Source: Candidatus Wildermuthbacteria bacterium
GTDB taxonomy: Bacteria; Patescibacteriota; Minisyncoccia; Minisyncoccales; UBA10102
NCBI GenBank assembly: GCA_016181405.1
Contig: JACOZJ010000004.1
Span: forward strand, 5,479 to 69,478
Length of the DNA stretch: 64,000 nt
Direction of reading: 5' to 3'
Shown in pieces: positions 11,116 through 20,562 of the stretch; the stretch's first letter is position 1, and every line of letters begins with the position of its first letter. Below the pieces are notes generated by a model that saw only the letters and a list, made by a program, of their open reading frames with translations, was not told where the DNA came from and ran no database searches. The position numbers were made by a program, and so were the translations under genes.

Positions 11116-12234
11116 ATGCATACACTCAAGAACTCCCGACCCAAAGTAATCGTTTCTCTTCTTATGTTTTTAATCGCCGCAGAAGCATTTTTTATTTTCT
11201 CTCAATACCAGAAGTTTGTTTCAACAAAAGAAAACAACCGCGCAGATTGGCTTGGAAGGCCAACTCTTTTGAATTTAGACAACGCATGGATTCTTGTGTA
11301 CCGGAAAGCGCGCTTCCATAGTTTAGATCCTCAATCGAGCCTTCACATCCGTTTTTCCGAAGACCAGGGCAAAACCTGGACCAGAGAAGATACGTTTCTG
11401 AATGGCCGTAGCATAGACGGATTTCCTATTATTCCACACCCTTCCAAAGAAAATGTTTCCGGTATCGTTGATGCCAGTGAAGGAGAGTTGGTAAAAACTC
11501 CAAATGGAACATTGCTTTTGCTGGTACGGGAAGAAGGGACACCGCATAACGGCACATATGTTTGGCGTTCCCGCGACAAAGGAGCACACTGGGAAGAAGA
11601 GGGGAAAATTAATAGCGACAATACTCTTTTAATGGGAGGACAAGTGGTGAATGTGGGAAACGACTTGTACGGTACGTTTTGGGTTGATGAAAATGCAGAC
11701 TACGACCCCCCTTTTCGCACAACGCTATATAGAAGTTCCGATGACGGCATCTCATGGGTACACGTAAGTGATGTTACCCTAAACGGGACAGGTGAGTCAG
11801 CACTTATGTATCTCGGCGGAAGTGAATTTTTGACTGTCATGGGAGACGATAGTAAAGGCGAAAAAACATATCTCCGCAGATCTTTCGACCTTGGAAAGAC
11901 CTGGGGGATGCTCCAAGATGCAACTTCCATATTTGGGGCTTTACAGCGCCCAAAGCTTCAACTTTTTGCAGATGAACCGAACCGTTTGTACCTCTACGGC
12001 AGGAATCAACTTGGGGAGGTGGATGATTATACTGTTCTCTATTATTCAAACGATAAAGGGGCAACCTGGAGCAATGGATTTTATCTAGACACGACATCCT
12101 ATGCCGATACTGGGTACGCAACGCTCGCCAAAAGAGAAGATGGTACGTTTTATATGCTTTCCTACGGCGGCAATTCCGAAAAGGCGGAGATAAAGGAATA
12201 TAGTTTTACAAAAAATGAATTTGAGAGTCCGTAA
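11116..12234 (+). CDS. BNR/Asp-box repeat protein, sialidase (exo-alpha-sialidase)-like beta-propeller with N-terminal anchor
   Basis: Five Asp-boxes (S-x-D-x-G-x-x-W): SEDQGKTW, SRDKGAHW, SSDDGISW, SFDLGKTW, SNDKGATW. ATG at 11116 preferred over the GTG at 11086. Confidence 0.8.
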   Translation: MHTLKNSRPKVIVSLLMFLIAAEAFFIFSQYQKFVSTKENNRADWLGRPTLLNLDNAWILVYRKARFHSLDPQSSLHIRFSEDQGKTWTREDTFLNGRSIDGFPIIPHPSKENVSGIVDASEGELVKTPNGTLLLLVREEGTPHNGTYVWRSRDKGAHWEEEGKINSDNTLLMGGQVVNVGNDLYGTFWVDENADYDPPFRTTLYRSSDDGISWVHVSDVTLNGTGESALMYLGGSEFLTVMGDDSKGEKTYLRRSFDLGKTWGMLQDATSIFGALQRPKLQLFADEPNRLYLYGRNQLGEVDDYTVLYYSNDKGATWSNGFYLDTTSYADTGYATLAKREDGTFYMLSYGGNSEKAEIKEYSFTKNEFESP

Positions 12235-12235
12235 T

Positions 12236-14179
12236 ATGCAAGTTCCCTCTCTTTCGCTCCATACATTAGTCGCTCGTCTTTCTTGGGAGAAGACACTGCT
12301 GCTCGCAGCTCGAGGCTGCATATTCTTGGCACTTCTTACCCCTCTTCTTTTTACCAACCAAAGTTTTTTCCCGACTCTTCCTCCTCAAACACTCTATTTC
12401 CGAGTGCTGATAGAAGCGAGCTTTCTTTTCTACCTACTTTTGCTGCTGGAATCTCGAAGATATCTTCCTAAACCATCGCCTCTTCTATGGGGTATCGCTC
12501 TGTTTATCGGTATTCTCACTTTGGCAAGCCTTCTGGGAATTCATCCTGCAAAAAGCTTTTGGGGAACCTTGCATCGCATGGAAGGGCTTATTGCGTTTCT
12601 TCATTATGGGATATTTTTTCTTGTGCTCGCTGGCGTATTCCGAAAAATACAAGATTGGGTTTGGCTGTTCCGTTTAATTCTTTTCTTGAGCGTTCCCATA
12701 GGAATCGTAGGGCTGCTCGAATACTTTGGTGTTACCACTCTTTTGCCGATATCAGATGTGAAGAGGATGGAAGCTACCTTTGGCAACCCGGCGCTTTACG
12801 GAGCGTATCTTCTCTTTATCCTCTTACTCGGGATTTTTCTTACTTTCTGGGAGAAAAAAACCACAGGGAAAGTTGTTGCGTGGTCCCTCGTTCTGCTCAA
12901 TACCAGCTTTTTGTTTCTTTCTGGCACTCGCGCGGCTTGGGTAGGAGTAGCGTTCGGGCTTTTCTTCCTTTTTACTGCGTGGTTTGTATTGTTCCGCAAA
13001 AAATCACAAGCATCTCCACGCACCATTTTTTTGGGCATGGCAGCCGCCTTACTGATATTCCTTACATTTATTTCTTTGTTTTGGCTTCATGTTCTGCCAG
13101 CAAATCCGTTTTGGGATCGCTATCAAGCCTTGTGGAACGATGCCACAACTCTTGAAACACAGCGTTTTACCTTTTGGCCGGTCGCCTTTCAGGCCTGGCA
13201 AGAATCTCCTGTGTTGGGATACGGGTTGGAATCTTTCGCTTTCGCGTATGACACATTCTATAAACCTTCATTCCTTGAGGATACGCCTGAACTGCAGTTT
13301 TATGACCGGGCTCACAATATATTCTTAGAACTCCTCGTTGCGGCAGGACTTCTCGGGCTTATGGCTTATGGTTTTATGCTGGCAAGCGCATCCTGGCTGC
13401 TTTGGCGGATATACCGCTCCACTCACATTATTCTTCCTTTTATTCTTTTGGCGCTTTTGTTGGGTTATGTAATTCACACTATATTCTCTTTCGATACCAC
13501 CATATCGTACTCTTTGCTTTTTCTTGTGTTTGCGTTTGTGCACGTATGGTATCGAGAAATGCTTCACGCAGGATCCGAAAAGACCGCAAAAACCACGCCC
13601 CCGCTTCTCTCCCAAAGGGTTGGCGCATTTTTAGCAGCCCTTTTTCTCTTTGGATTCCTTTCATGGACCGCGAATATGGCAATCTGGCGCGCAACAACCG
13701 CCCTTGCCCAAGGGTATTATCTCCAGTACAAAGATCCCATCGCAATGGTTAAAACGCTTTCTGGCGTGTGCGCCGTCGGCCCTCTATCCATACGAATAGA
13801 CGCCTGCGACTCTGGCACCCAGTTATTATTGAGCGCTCCTTTCAACTTATATAGGGAACCAGGCCAAAAAGCACTCCTTGAAGGGCTCGAGCGCAATCTG
13901 CAAGCCATTTACTCTTTGGAAAAAGGATCCAACGTGTTTCAAATGAAGCATGCTGTTCTCTTGGCCCAAGGGTATGAAGCTTTGTATCTCCAAACACAAG
14001 ATTTGCGATACCTTCAAAAAGAAGAAGAGATTCTCAAAGAGGCCCAAAAACTTAATCCGGGCGTTCTTCCCCTGTACAAGTTTGCCCGGACAATGTACGA
14101 ATTCTCCGGAGACAAACAAAAGCAAGAACAATTTTTTCAAAAAGCTCCCGGAGAATTGCTGCCTTATCTCGCTCAATAG
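12236..14179 (+). CDS. O-antigen ligase-like (Wzy_C family) polytopic membrane protein with soluble C-terminal helical/TPR-like domain
   Basis: About 650 aa with at least 10 TM helices. Wzy_C-like loop LSGTRAAWVGVAFGLFF ... YDRAHNIFLELLVAAGLLG. Alternative ATG at 12215. Confidence 0.8.
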   Translation: MQVPSLSLHTLVARLSWEKTLLLAARGCIFLALLTPLLFTNQSFFPTLPPQTLYFRVLIEASFLFYLLLLLESRRYLPKPSPLLWGIALFIGILTLASLLGIHPAKSFWGTLHRMEGLIAFLHYGIFFLVLAGVFRKIQDWVWLFRLILFLSVPIGIVGLLEYFGVTTLLPISDVKRMEATFGNPALYGAYLLFILLLGIFLTFWEKKTTGKVVAWSLVLLNTSFLFLSGTRAAWVGVAFGLFFLFTAWFVLFRKKSQASPRTIFLGMAAALLIFLTFISLFWLHVLPANPFWDRYQALWNDATTLETQRFTFWPVAFQAWQESPVLGYGLESFAFAYDTFYKPSFLEDTPELQFYDRAHNIFLELLVAAGLLGLMAYGFMLASASWLLWRIYRSTHIILPFILLALLLGYVIHTIFSFDTTISYSLLFLVFAFVHVWYREMLHAGSEKTAKTTPPLLSQRVGAFLAALFLFGFLSWTANMAIWRATTALAQGYYLQYKDPIAMVKTLSGVCAVGPLSIRIDACDSGTQLLLSAPFNLYREPGQKALLEGLERNLQAIYSLEKGSNVFQMKHAVLLAQGYEALYLQTQDLRYLQKEEEILKEAQKLNPGVLPLYKFARTMYEFSGDKQKQEQFFQKAPGELLPYLAQ

Positions 14180-14190
14180 GCAAAACAGAA

Positions 14191-14214
14191 AACGCTCCGT
14201 TTGAACGGAGCGTT
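14191..14214. terminator. Bidirectional rho-independent terminator between the Wzy_C gene and pilA
   Basis: aacgctccgt-ttga-acggagcgtt is a perfect 10-bp stem, with an A-run on one side and a T-run on the other. Confidence 0.8.
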
Positions 14215-14234
14215 TTTCTTTCTAAAGTAGAGTT

Positions 14235-14672
14235 TTATGGGGCACAAGTGGTCGTTGCAGCAGCACACACATCATTTCCTACTTGACCCGCAGAGCTTAC
14301 GCAGATAGTACCCGTGGAAGCAAGGGGAGCGGAAATACAGTAATCGTCGCCAACAGCGTAGCACGTTGGCGCTGTTCCTCCTTGAGTCTGAACATCACTT
14401 GCAATAGTTTGCAGCTGAGTGCCATACGTTGCATGCGCAGTATTCAAACCAGTTCCCGAACATGTGCTGTTATACTGAACAGGGCTTGACCCATTATATA
14501 TGAGTTCTGCAATTGACCTGGTCTGCTGCATTGCGCCCTGAATTCGGGCATCTCTTGCAGAGTCACGCGCGCCTCCCAATGAAACCAATACAATTCCTGC
14601 CAGCAAGCCGATAATCGCTATCACCACCAGCAACTCAATAAGTGTAAACCCCTTTTGTTTGTTGTTGAACAT
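14235..14672 (-). CDS. pilA: Type IV major pilin (PilA-like)
   Basis: MFNNKQKGFTLIELLVVIAIIGLLAGIVLVSLGGARDSARDA is a canonical prepilin leader G|FTLIE. C-terminal Cys pair ...VCAAATTTCAP. Last gene of the pilM-pilC operon, after a 97-nt spacer. Confidence 0.9.
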   Translation of the reverse strand: MFNNKQKGFTLIELLVVIAIIGLLAGIVLVSLGGARDSARDARIQGAMQQTRSIAELIYNGSSPVQYNSTCSGTGLNTAHATYGTQLQTIASDVQTQGGTAPTCYAVGDDYCISAPLASTGTICVSSAGQVGNDVCAAATTTCAP

Positions 14673-14769
14673 AATAATTTCAAAATTTCACAATACTCGA
14701 CCTTTTCATAATGTCTTTATGCATATTGTATCATTATACTATAAACGCAAGAAGGACGCCTGTGGAAAA

Positions 14770-15984
14770 CTATTGGAATCCTGTCGTGATGCTCTGATAG
14801 AGCGGGAGCATCAGGGAAGCCATCACTCCTCCCACAACCACGCCGAGCACCACAATAAGCAATGGTTCGATAAGCGCGATAAAGGCGTCTACGCTCCGGT
14901 TCATTTCGCCACGATAGAATGTCACGATTTCAGCAAGGGTTTCGTCCAAAGCACCTGTCTTCTCTCCCACTTTTATCATCTGCGTAAAGGTAGGAGGGAA
15001 CTCTTTTGGATACCGTTCAAACACGTCTGCTACCTTACTCCCTTGAGACACCGAATCCTTTGCCTGCTGAATAATGTGTTCATATGCTTCATTCCCCACA
15101 ATTCTTCCCGTAATTCCCATAGCCTCCACAATGGGCACGCCACCCGTAATCAACGTAGACAGGTTCTCCCCAAATCGGGAAACATACATCATCCGGAGAA
15201 AATTTCCGATTATCGGAATCCTCAACAGAACCCGATGCACCACTTTTCTCCCTTCGGTGGTTTTTGCCAAACGCAAGATTCCCACGACTGCGGCGACAAC
15301 AGCAACAACAATAGCCCACCACCACTGGCGATAGAAGTTGGAAAACGCGATGACGACTCGGGTAAGCAGGGGAAGTTCGCTTCCGCTTTCTTCCAGGATC
15401 TGCGTGAGATTAGGGAGTACCATAATGGACGCGAGCGTAACCACTGCGAACGCGACAACCACCACAAAGATTGGATAAACCAGAGCCCCCCGAATTTTAC
15501 TTTTTAATTGGTGTTCGCGCTCCAAGTGGTCTGCCAAATATTGCAATACTTCGGAAAGCTTGCCTAAGGTTTCACCTCGTTTTACCATATTAACGTAAAA
15601 GAAAGAGAAGACGTTGGGATGTTTCGTTAACGCATCAGAAAATGCGGTGCCTGCTTCCACGTCTTGGGAAACTTGAAAAATTACACTCTTGAAGCTTTTT
15701 CGCTTAAGCTGGCTTCCAATGGTGGTTAGAGAATCCACGAGAGAAACGCGCGACTTAAACATAATCGCCAGCTGCCTGGAGAAAAGCATAACATCATTCT
15801 CGGAAACGCGGTCAAACAACGTAATCCGTCTGGCATACAAAGGTTCTTCTCTCGCTTCTTCCAGCTGCGTGATATACAGGCCGTGCCGGTCGAGAACCTG
15901 CAAAGCGGCCTGTTCTGAAGACGCCTGAATAAATCCCTCCTGATGTCTGCCCTGTTCGTCAGCTGCTCGATATCCAAATTTCAT
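14770..15984 (-). CDS. pilC: Type IV pilus platform protein PilC (GspF family)
   Basis: 404 aa with duplicated GspF domains and three TM regions; typical C-terminus LPLYQSITTGF. Confidence 0.92.
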   Translation of the reverse strand: MKFGYRAADEQGRHQEGFIQASSEQAALQVLDRHGLYITQLEEAREEPLYARRITLFDRVSENDVMLFSRQLAIMFKSRVSLVDSLTTIGSQLKRKSFKSVIFQVSQDVEAGTAFSDALTKHPNVFSFFYVNMVKRGETLGKLSEVLQYLADHLEREHQLKSKIRGALVYPIFVVVVAFAVVTLASIMVLPNLTQILEESGSELPLLTRVVIAFSNFYRQWWWAIVVAVVAAVVGILRLAKTTEGRKVVHRVLLRIPIIGNFLRMMYVSRFGENLSTLITGGVPIVEAMGITGRIVGNEAYEHIIQQAKDSVSQGSKVADVFERYPKEFPPTFTQMIKVGEKTGALDETLAEIVTFYRGEMNRSVDAFIALIEPLLIVVLGVVVGGVMASLMLPLYQSITTGFQ

Positions 15985-15990
15985 ACTAAT

Positions 15991-17082
15991 TTACCCGCGT
16001 ACGAGAGTTCGAAGCTCCGTGGGATTGAGTGAATATTTGAGTGCATCTTGTATAGTAATCTCCCGGATCTTCACAAGGCTGGCGAGGGCGCGGTTCAAAG
16101 AAAGCATCCCCTCTTCAACAGAGGTGTCAATTACGAGCGGAAGTTCGTGCACCTTATTCTCTCGGATAAGATTCGCGGCAGCGGAATTTACCATAAGCAC
16201 CTCGCACGCCGGAATCAACCCCCCTTGGATTCGGGGTACGAGGCGCTGTGAAACAACACCAAGTAGAGAACCAGAAAGCTGGGCCCGCACCTGACTCTGC
16301 TGTTCCGCTGGGAAAGAATCCACGATACGGTGCACCGTCTGAGCTGCGGAATTTGTGTGCAGGGTAGCGAATACCAAATGACCGGTTTCCGCCGCCGTAA
16401 GCGCCGTTCCAATAGTTTCTGCGTCACGCATTTCACCCACCATAATCACGTTGGGATCCTGCCGGAATGTAACGCGCAGAGCGGACGCGAAGCTTTTGGT
16501 GTCTTTTGTTACCTCGCGCTGGTCAATCACTGACTTGTCGTCTCGAAACATGTATTCAATAGGATCCTCAATGGTAATAATATGCTCTGCTCTCGTGTGA
16601 TTAATTTCGTCGATCATAGAAGCTAAGGTTGTCGATTTCCCATGCCCCGAAGGACCAGCGATAATCACAAATCCTTGGCTTGCCCTTGTGAATTGATGCA
16701 AAACCAGAGGCAAATTAAGCGCTTCTATTGAAAGAACTTCTTGGGGGATGAATCGGAGCGCAACGCTCAAATTTCCCATTGTATAAAAGATGTTCCCGCG
16801 GAACCTGGCGTCGCGTTCCTCAAGATTGTAGGAAAAATCAATCTCCTTATTTTCCTGGAGTTTTATTCTTTGCTCCTCGCTCAGCAAAGCTGCGGCACAT
16901 TCCTTGGTAAGCTGTGGAGACACAGGCGCTTTCTTGCCCAAAAAAACCAACTTTCCCGCTACTCGCAAAACAGGGGGCTGTCCGACTGAAAGGTGTAAAT
17001 CGGACGCTTTTTCTTCAATGGTTATCTCCAAAAGCTCTTGGATTTCTTTGTGAAACGGGGTTGGGGAATTTCCAAATTTCAT
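15991..17082 (-). CDS. pilT: Twitching-motility retraction ATPase PilT
   Basis: 363 aa. Walker A GPSGHGKSTT, Asp box, Walker B and His box (ATLHTNSAAQTVHRIVD). Confidence 0.92.
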   Translation of the reverse strand: MKFGNSPTPFHKEIQELLEITIEEKASDLHLSVGQPPVLRVAGKLVFLGKKAPVSPQLTKECAAALLSEEQRIKLQENKEIDFSYNLEERDARFRGNIFYTMGNLSVALRFIPQEVLSIEALNLPLVLHQFTRASQGFVIIAGPSGHGKSTTLASMIDEINHTRAEHIITIEDPIEYMFRDDKSVIDQREVTKDTKSFASALRVTFRQDPNVIMVGEMRDAETIGTALTAAETGHLVFATLHTNSAAQTVHRIVDSFPAEQQSQVRAQLSGSLLGVVSQRLVPRIQGGLIPACEVLMVNSAAANLIRENKVHELPLVIDTSVEEGMLSLNRALASLVKIREITIQDALKYSLNPTELRTLVRG

Positions 17083-17450
17083 AGGGATCCGGTAAGTTTT
17101 ACAACTTCCTCGACAATTTGGCTTGGGGTATAGTGGGCTTTAATGAGATATCTGACAGCGCCAAGGCGCAAACCCTTTTCAATTTCTTCTTTCTGGCCCA
17201 GGTTCGACAAGATAATGATTGGGATATGCTTGAGTTCCTCCGATGCCTGCACCTGCTGGAGGATGTCCCACCCGTCTACGTGGGGGAGCACAATATCTAA
17301 AAGCACAACGGCAGGCTTTTCTTTCTGAATCGCCGCGAGTACTTTCTCGCCCTGTTCCACTACCTGAACTTCAAATCCGCTCTGTTGCAATTTCGTAGTA
17401 TAGATATCGATCAATAAAGGATCGTCTTCTACAAGAAGTATTTTTTTCAT
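17079..17450 (-). CDS. Stand-alone response-regulator receiver (CheY-like REC) domain protein
   Basis: 123 aa. MKKILLVEDDPLLIDIY...VLLDIVLPHVDGWDIL...IIILSNLG...K. Start and stop overlap pilB and pilT. Confidence 0.9.
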   Translation of the reverse strand: MKKILLVEDDPLLIDIYTTKLQQSGFEVQVVEQGEKVLAAIQKEKPAVVLLDIVLPHVDGWDILQQVQASEELKHIPIIILSNLGQKEEIEKGLRLGAVRYLIKAHYTPSQIVEEVVKLTGSL

Positions 17451-19183
17451 GATTCTGCTGTTGCCCGAAGGATTTCTTCTAACGTAGTAACTCCATCCAA
17501 CACCTTTAGTATGCCATCCTGCCTCATGGTAATCATACCCTCCTCCTGCGCCACTTTCTCCACTTTTGCTTCCGACGCGTGCGTATTCACAAGTTCTGCT
17601 ATTTGATCAGACATTTCAAGCGTTTCCATAACGGCAATCCGCCCGGTATAGCCGCTTGCGCCGCATCTTTTGCAACCCGTAGGTTCAAATATGAATAGCT
17701 CTTCGGCACTCCCCCCCAAAGTGGGCGGAAACTGTTTCTTGGCGGCAGGAGGGAATCCTTGGATTTCCTTCCAGAGCAGTTCGCCCACCCCCTTATCTGG
17801 CTTCACTTTCTTTTTGCAGTTATTACATAATCTTCGCACAAGGCGCTGGCCAATTGCAAGGGCTAAGGTCGTGGGGATTAAATATCGGTCCACGCCCATA
17901 TCGAGCAAACGGGGGATAACGCCGGACGCGGAATTCGTGTGTAGGGTAGAGAGCACAATGTGCCCCGTGAGCGCCGCATGAATCACAAGTGTCGCGGTTT
18001 CAGAGTCGCGCACCTCCCCCACCATAATAATATCGGGGTCTTGGCGCAGGAGCTGGCGGAGTCCCGAGGCAAAGTCATACCCGATTTCTGGACGCACTTG
18101 AGACTGATTTATTCCGTCAATAAAGTATTCCACCGGATCCTCAAGACTCAAGATATTCACCGTTTCCCTATTGAGTTGGCGCAATATCGCATAGAGAGTT
18201 GTCGTTTTCCCGGATCCAGTTGGGCCCGTTACCAAGATAAGACCAAAGGGCCGATCGCTTGCTTTTTTGATTCGCTTCAAATTTTCGCTCTCAATGCCGA
18301 GATCTTCGAAGCTCTTGAAGGCTTGAGCTGGATCGAGAACGCGCAGCGCAATTTTTTCGCCCTGCGGAGTGGGAAGTGTAGCTACGCGGAAATCAATGGC
18401 GCGCCCCCCAATAACGGCAGTAAATCTTCCGTCTTGCGGTTTTCTCGTCTCGTCAAGTTTCATGTTCGCCAAAACTTTCAGGCGCGACACAATCGAGGCG
18501 CTTACGTTTGAAGGAAGTTGAAGAGAAGGATGTAATTCTCCCAGAAATCTGAAGCGCACACGCAACCCATCTTTTCCCGGCTCAATATGAATATCTGAAG
18601 CGCTCCCCTCCACCGCATTGCGCAAAATAACAGCCACCATTTTGGTAATAGGCGCCTCCTCTTTGAGTTGGCCCTCCACGAGCTCTTCTCGCTGTTTCTC
18701 CGGCTTCTTCCCCATTTCTTCCTCCAATTCTTTCAGCGCACGCGTTGTTTCGCGCCTTAAACTCCGAGATTCTCTCATCAAGCTCTCAAATGCAGAAAGA
18801 GTGATAAGAGATGTGGCGTATGAAAAATTTCCCTGCCGCGACAAAAATTGAAGTGCTTCCTGCGCCCTTGGATCTTCCGGATACACCATGCCAACCTCCA
18901 GTACCCCTTCTCTCAATACCAAAGGCGCCATCTTGTAATACTTGGCAGAATCTTCCGGAATAAGCTCCAGGGTTTTCAAAGAAACCTCTTTGGGTTCGAC
19001 GCTTCGAAGCGGCATCTGCAACAGTTCAGCCTTCGTTTGGAAAAGCAGCTCTTCGTCAATCTTCTTTTGCGCCAAAAGTACTTCTTCCGGCTTTTGTCCG
19101 GACGATCGAACTTCCTTTTCAACCTGCTCTATGTCTTCTTTATGCAACAGGTTCTTTTGTGCGAGAAGTTTCAAAATATCCAT
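17447..19183 (-). CDS. pilB: Type IV pilus assembly (extension) ATPase PilB/GspE family
   Basis: 578 aa. Walker A GPTGSGKTTT, tetracysteine CNNCKK...GCKRCGASGYTGR, N-terminal GSPII-like domain. Confidence 0.92.
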   Translation of the reverse strand: MDILKLLAQKNLLHKEDIEQVEKEVRSSGQKPEEVLLAQKKIDEELLFQTKAELLQMPLRSVEPKEVSLKTLELIPEDSAKYYKMAPLVLREGVLEVGMVYPEDPRAQEALQFLSRQGNFSYATSLITLSAFESLMRESRSLRRETTRALKELEEEMGKKPEKQREELVEGQLKEEAPITKMVAVILRNAVEGSASDIHIEPGKDGLRVRFRFLGELHPSLQLPSNVSASIVSRLKVLANMKLDETRKPQDGRFTAVIGGRAIDFRVATLPTPQGEKIALRVLDPAQAFKSFEDLGIESENLKRIKKASDRPFGLILVTGPTGSGKTTTLYAILRQLNRETVNILSLEDPVEYFIDGINQSQVRPEIGYDFASGLRQLLRQDPDIIMVGEVRDSETATLVIHAALTGHIVLSTLHTNSASGVIPRLLDMGVDRYLIPTTLALAIGQRLVRRLCNNCKKKVKPDKGVGELLWKEIQGFPPAAKKQFPPTLGGSAEELFIFEPTGCKRCGASGYTGRIAVMETLEMSDQIAELVNTHASEAKVEKVAQEEGMITMRQDGILKVLDGVTTLEEILRATAES

Positions 19184-19192
19184 AGGATTATG

Positions 19193-19492
19193 TTAACGAG
19201 TAGCTTCTTTCCCACCGCCTTGGGGCGCGAATGGATTTGGTTTTCCTATCTCGTCAGGAAGCAAAACAGGAATGGGCGGCCTGGGATCTCCTAATTCCAG
19301 GAAGGCAGGGGTTTGGAATACGGTAAAATCAATCTGCACATCCCGAGGCGGAGGCAGCAATTCAGAAGGGGGTAGAGGTTCCTCACGGATAAATCGATAC
19401 CAGAAAACGCCAAGCGCTCCCAGGAGAATCACTCCGAACAGCAAAAGAAGATATTTTTGTCTGCGATTTTGTGGAAGAAAAGTAATTGCCAT
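19193..19492 (-). CDS. Small single-TM Pro-rich protein in the pilus operon (function unknown; sits where pilP would be)
   Basis: 99 aa. TM segment YLLLLFGVILLGALGVFWY followed by a proline-rich tail. Confidence 0.5.
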   Translation of the reverse strand: MAITFLPQNRRQKYLLLLFGVILLGALGVFWYRFIREEPLPPSELLPPPRDVQIDFTVFQTPAFLELGDPRPPIPVLLPDEIGKPNPFAPQGGGKEATR

Positions 19493-19495
19493 ATG

Positions 19496-20023
19496 TTATG
19501 GTGCTGCGTACGCAGAAAGCTCAACGTCAATCTGTAATTCGCCGGGGCTTTGGGGGTTAGAAGAAATATCGAGCGCATTCACATTTAAAATTCGCGCAGA
19601 CCTTCTTGCCGCATCGAGAAAGCCTTTTAAGGCTTCATACGAACCCGTAAATTCTACATTGAAAGTTAACAAAACAACTCCCTCTATTAATTCGCCCTGT
19701 GCACGTCCCTCAATGGAATCCAAAATTAAACCGGAGTTCGTTCCAAGCTGTTGAATATGCTCATACAGCACCGGAAGCCCCTGATCTTGAGGTATTGCTT
19801 TGCCGATCTTTTCAAAATCCCCCTGGCGGGAAAACACCTCTTTTTGCACTTCCCGTAATTGCGCCAAAGCTCTTTGTCCGCTCTCTAAACGAGTTTTCCC
19901 TTCATCGATCTGCGCGCGCGTCGAGGCAAGTTCCTGATATCTTGGCCATACAAAAAATACTACCCCAAGCAAAGAAACGCCTAGAAGAATCACCGATAAA
20001 ATAACACGAAAAAGCTTCTTCAT
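19496..20023 (-). CDS. pilO: PilO-like pilus assembly protein
   Basis: 175 aa with an N-terminal TM, a coiled coil and a ferredoxin-like C-terminal region. Positioned after pilM and pilN. Confidence 0.65.
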   Translation of the reverse strand: MKKLFRVILSVILLGVSLLGVVFFVWPRYQELASTRAQIDEGKTRLESGQRALAQLREVQKEVFSRQGDFEKIGKAIPQDQGLPVLYEHIQQLGTNSGLILDSIEGRAQGELIEGVVLLTFNVEFTGSYEALKGFLDAARRSARILNVNALDISSNPQSPGELQIDVELSAYAAP

Positions 20024-20562
20024 AGAGGATCTAATAATCCGGGTCTTACGACAAACTTTGCTTCAAAAAGTCCCGACCCTTCATCTCCCAGCTTAATACC
20101 ACTCAATTCGGTTTCAAACTCTCCTAAACCTTTCCACGCAAGGCGCTGCTGTTCTAGCACAAAGAAATCCCGCGCCTCGCCTTCAAGCTCGAAAACGCCG
20201 GTTTTGGCATCTCCCTGAAATGTCTGAAAAAAGACATCAGGATGAGTAGTCCGTTCCAAGAGCGAGAAGAATGGGAGCAGAATTTTCCGCTCAAGAAGCA
20301 CCACTTTAAGAATTTCAGTCTGCCTTTTATACTCCTGAAGTTCCGAGAATAACTCCTCTTCCAAAGGTTTCGTATCTTCCACCAAAGTTTTTTCAACTTG
20401 GTTCAGTTCAAGACGTGCGCTATGAAGAAGCTGTTGAAGAATAAAAAAGGCAACCACGACTCCTGCCAGCACAGCTGCAGAAACAATAAGGAAAAACACC
20501 TGTCCAAAAATCGGTTTCTGCTCCTGTTTGGGGATAAATTCCACTATCATAAAACTATTCAA
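20020..20562 (-). CDS. pilN: PilN-like pilus assembly protein
   Basis: 180 aa with a single TM (FFLIVSAAVLAGVVVAFFIL) followed by a coiled coil. Overlaps pilM and pilO. Confidence 0.65.
   Translation of the reverse strand: MNSFMIVEFIPKQEQKPIFGQVFFLIVSAAVLAGVVVAFFILQQLLHSARLELNQVEKTLVEDTKPLEEELFSELQEYKRQTEILKVVLLERKILLPFFSLLERTTHPDVFFQTFQGDAKTGVFELEGEARDFFVLEQQRLAWKGLGEFETELSGIKLGDEGSGLFEAKFVVRPGLLDPL

Noticed and set aside
12487-13155. 222-aa plus-strand ORF in an alternative frame
   Set aside because: It is nested in the Wzy_C membrane-protein gene. The main frame gives coherent TM helices and the alternative frame does not.
14673-14769. Promoter for pilA in the pilC-pilA spacer
   Set aside because: A TATAAT (minus strand, plus-strand coordinates 14733-14738) and a TGATACAAT extended -10-like box are visible. 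I could not pair either with a convincing -35 at proper spacing, so it is not reported as a feature.
14659-15507. 282-aa plus-strand ORF
   Set aside because: It is antisense to the well-supported pilC. The His/Asn-rich, low-complexity translation has no motif.
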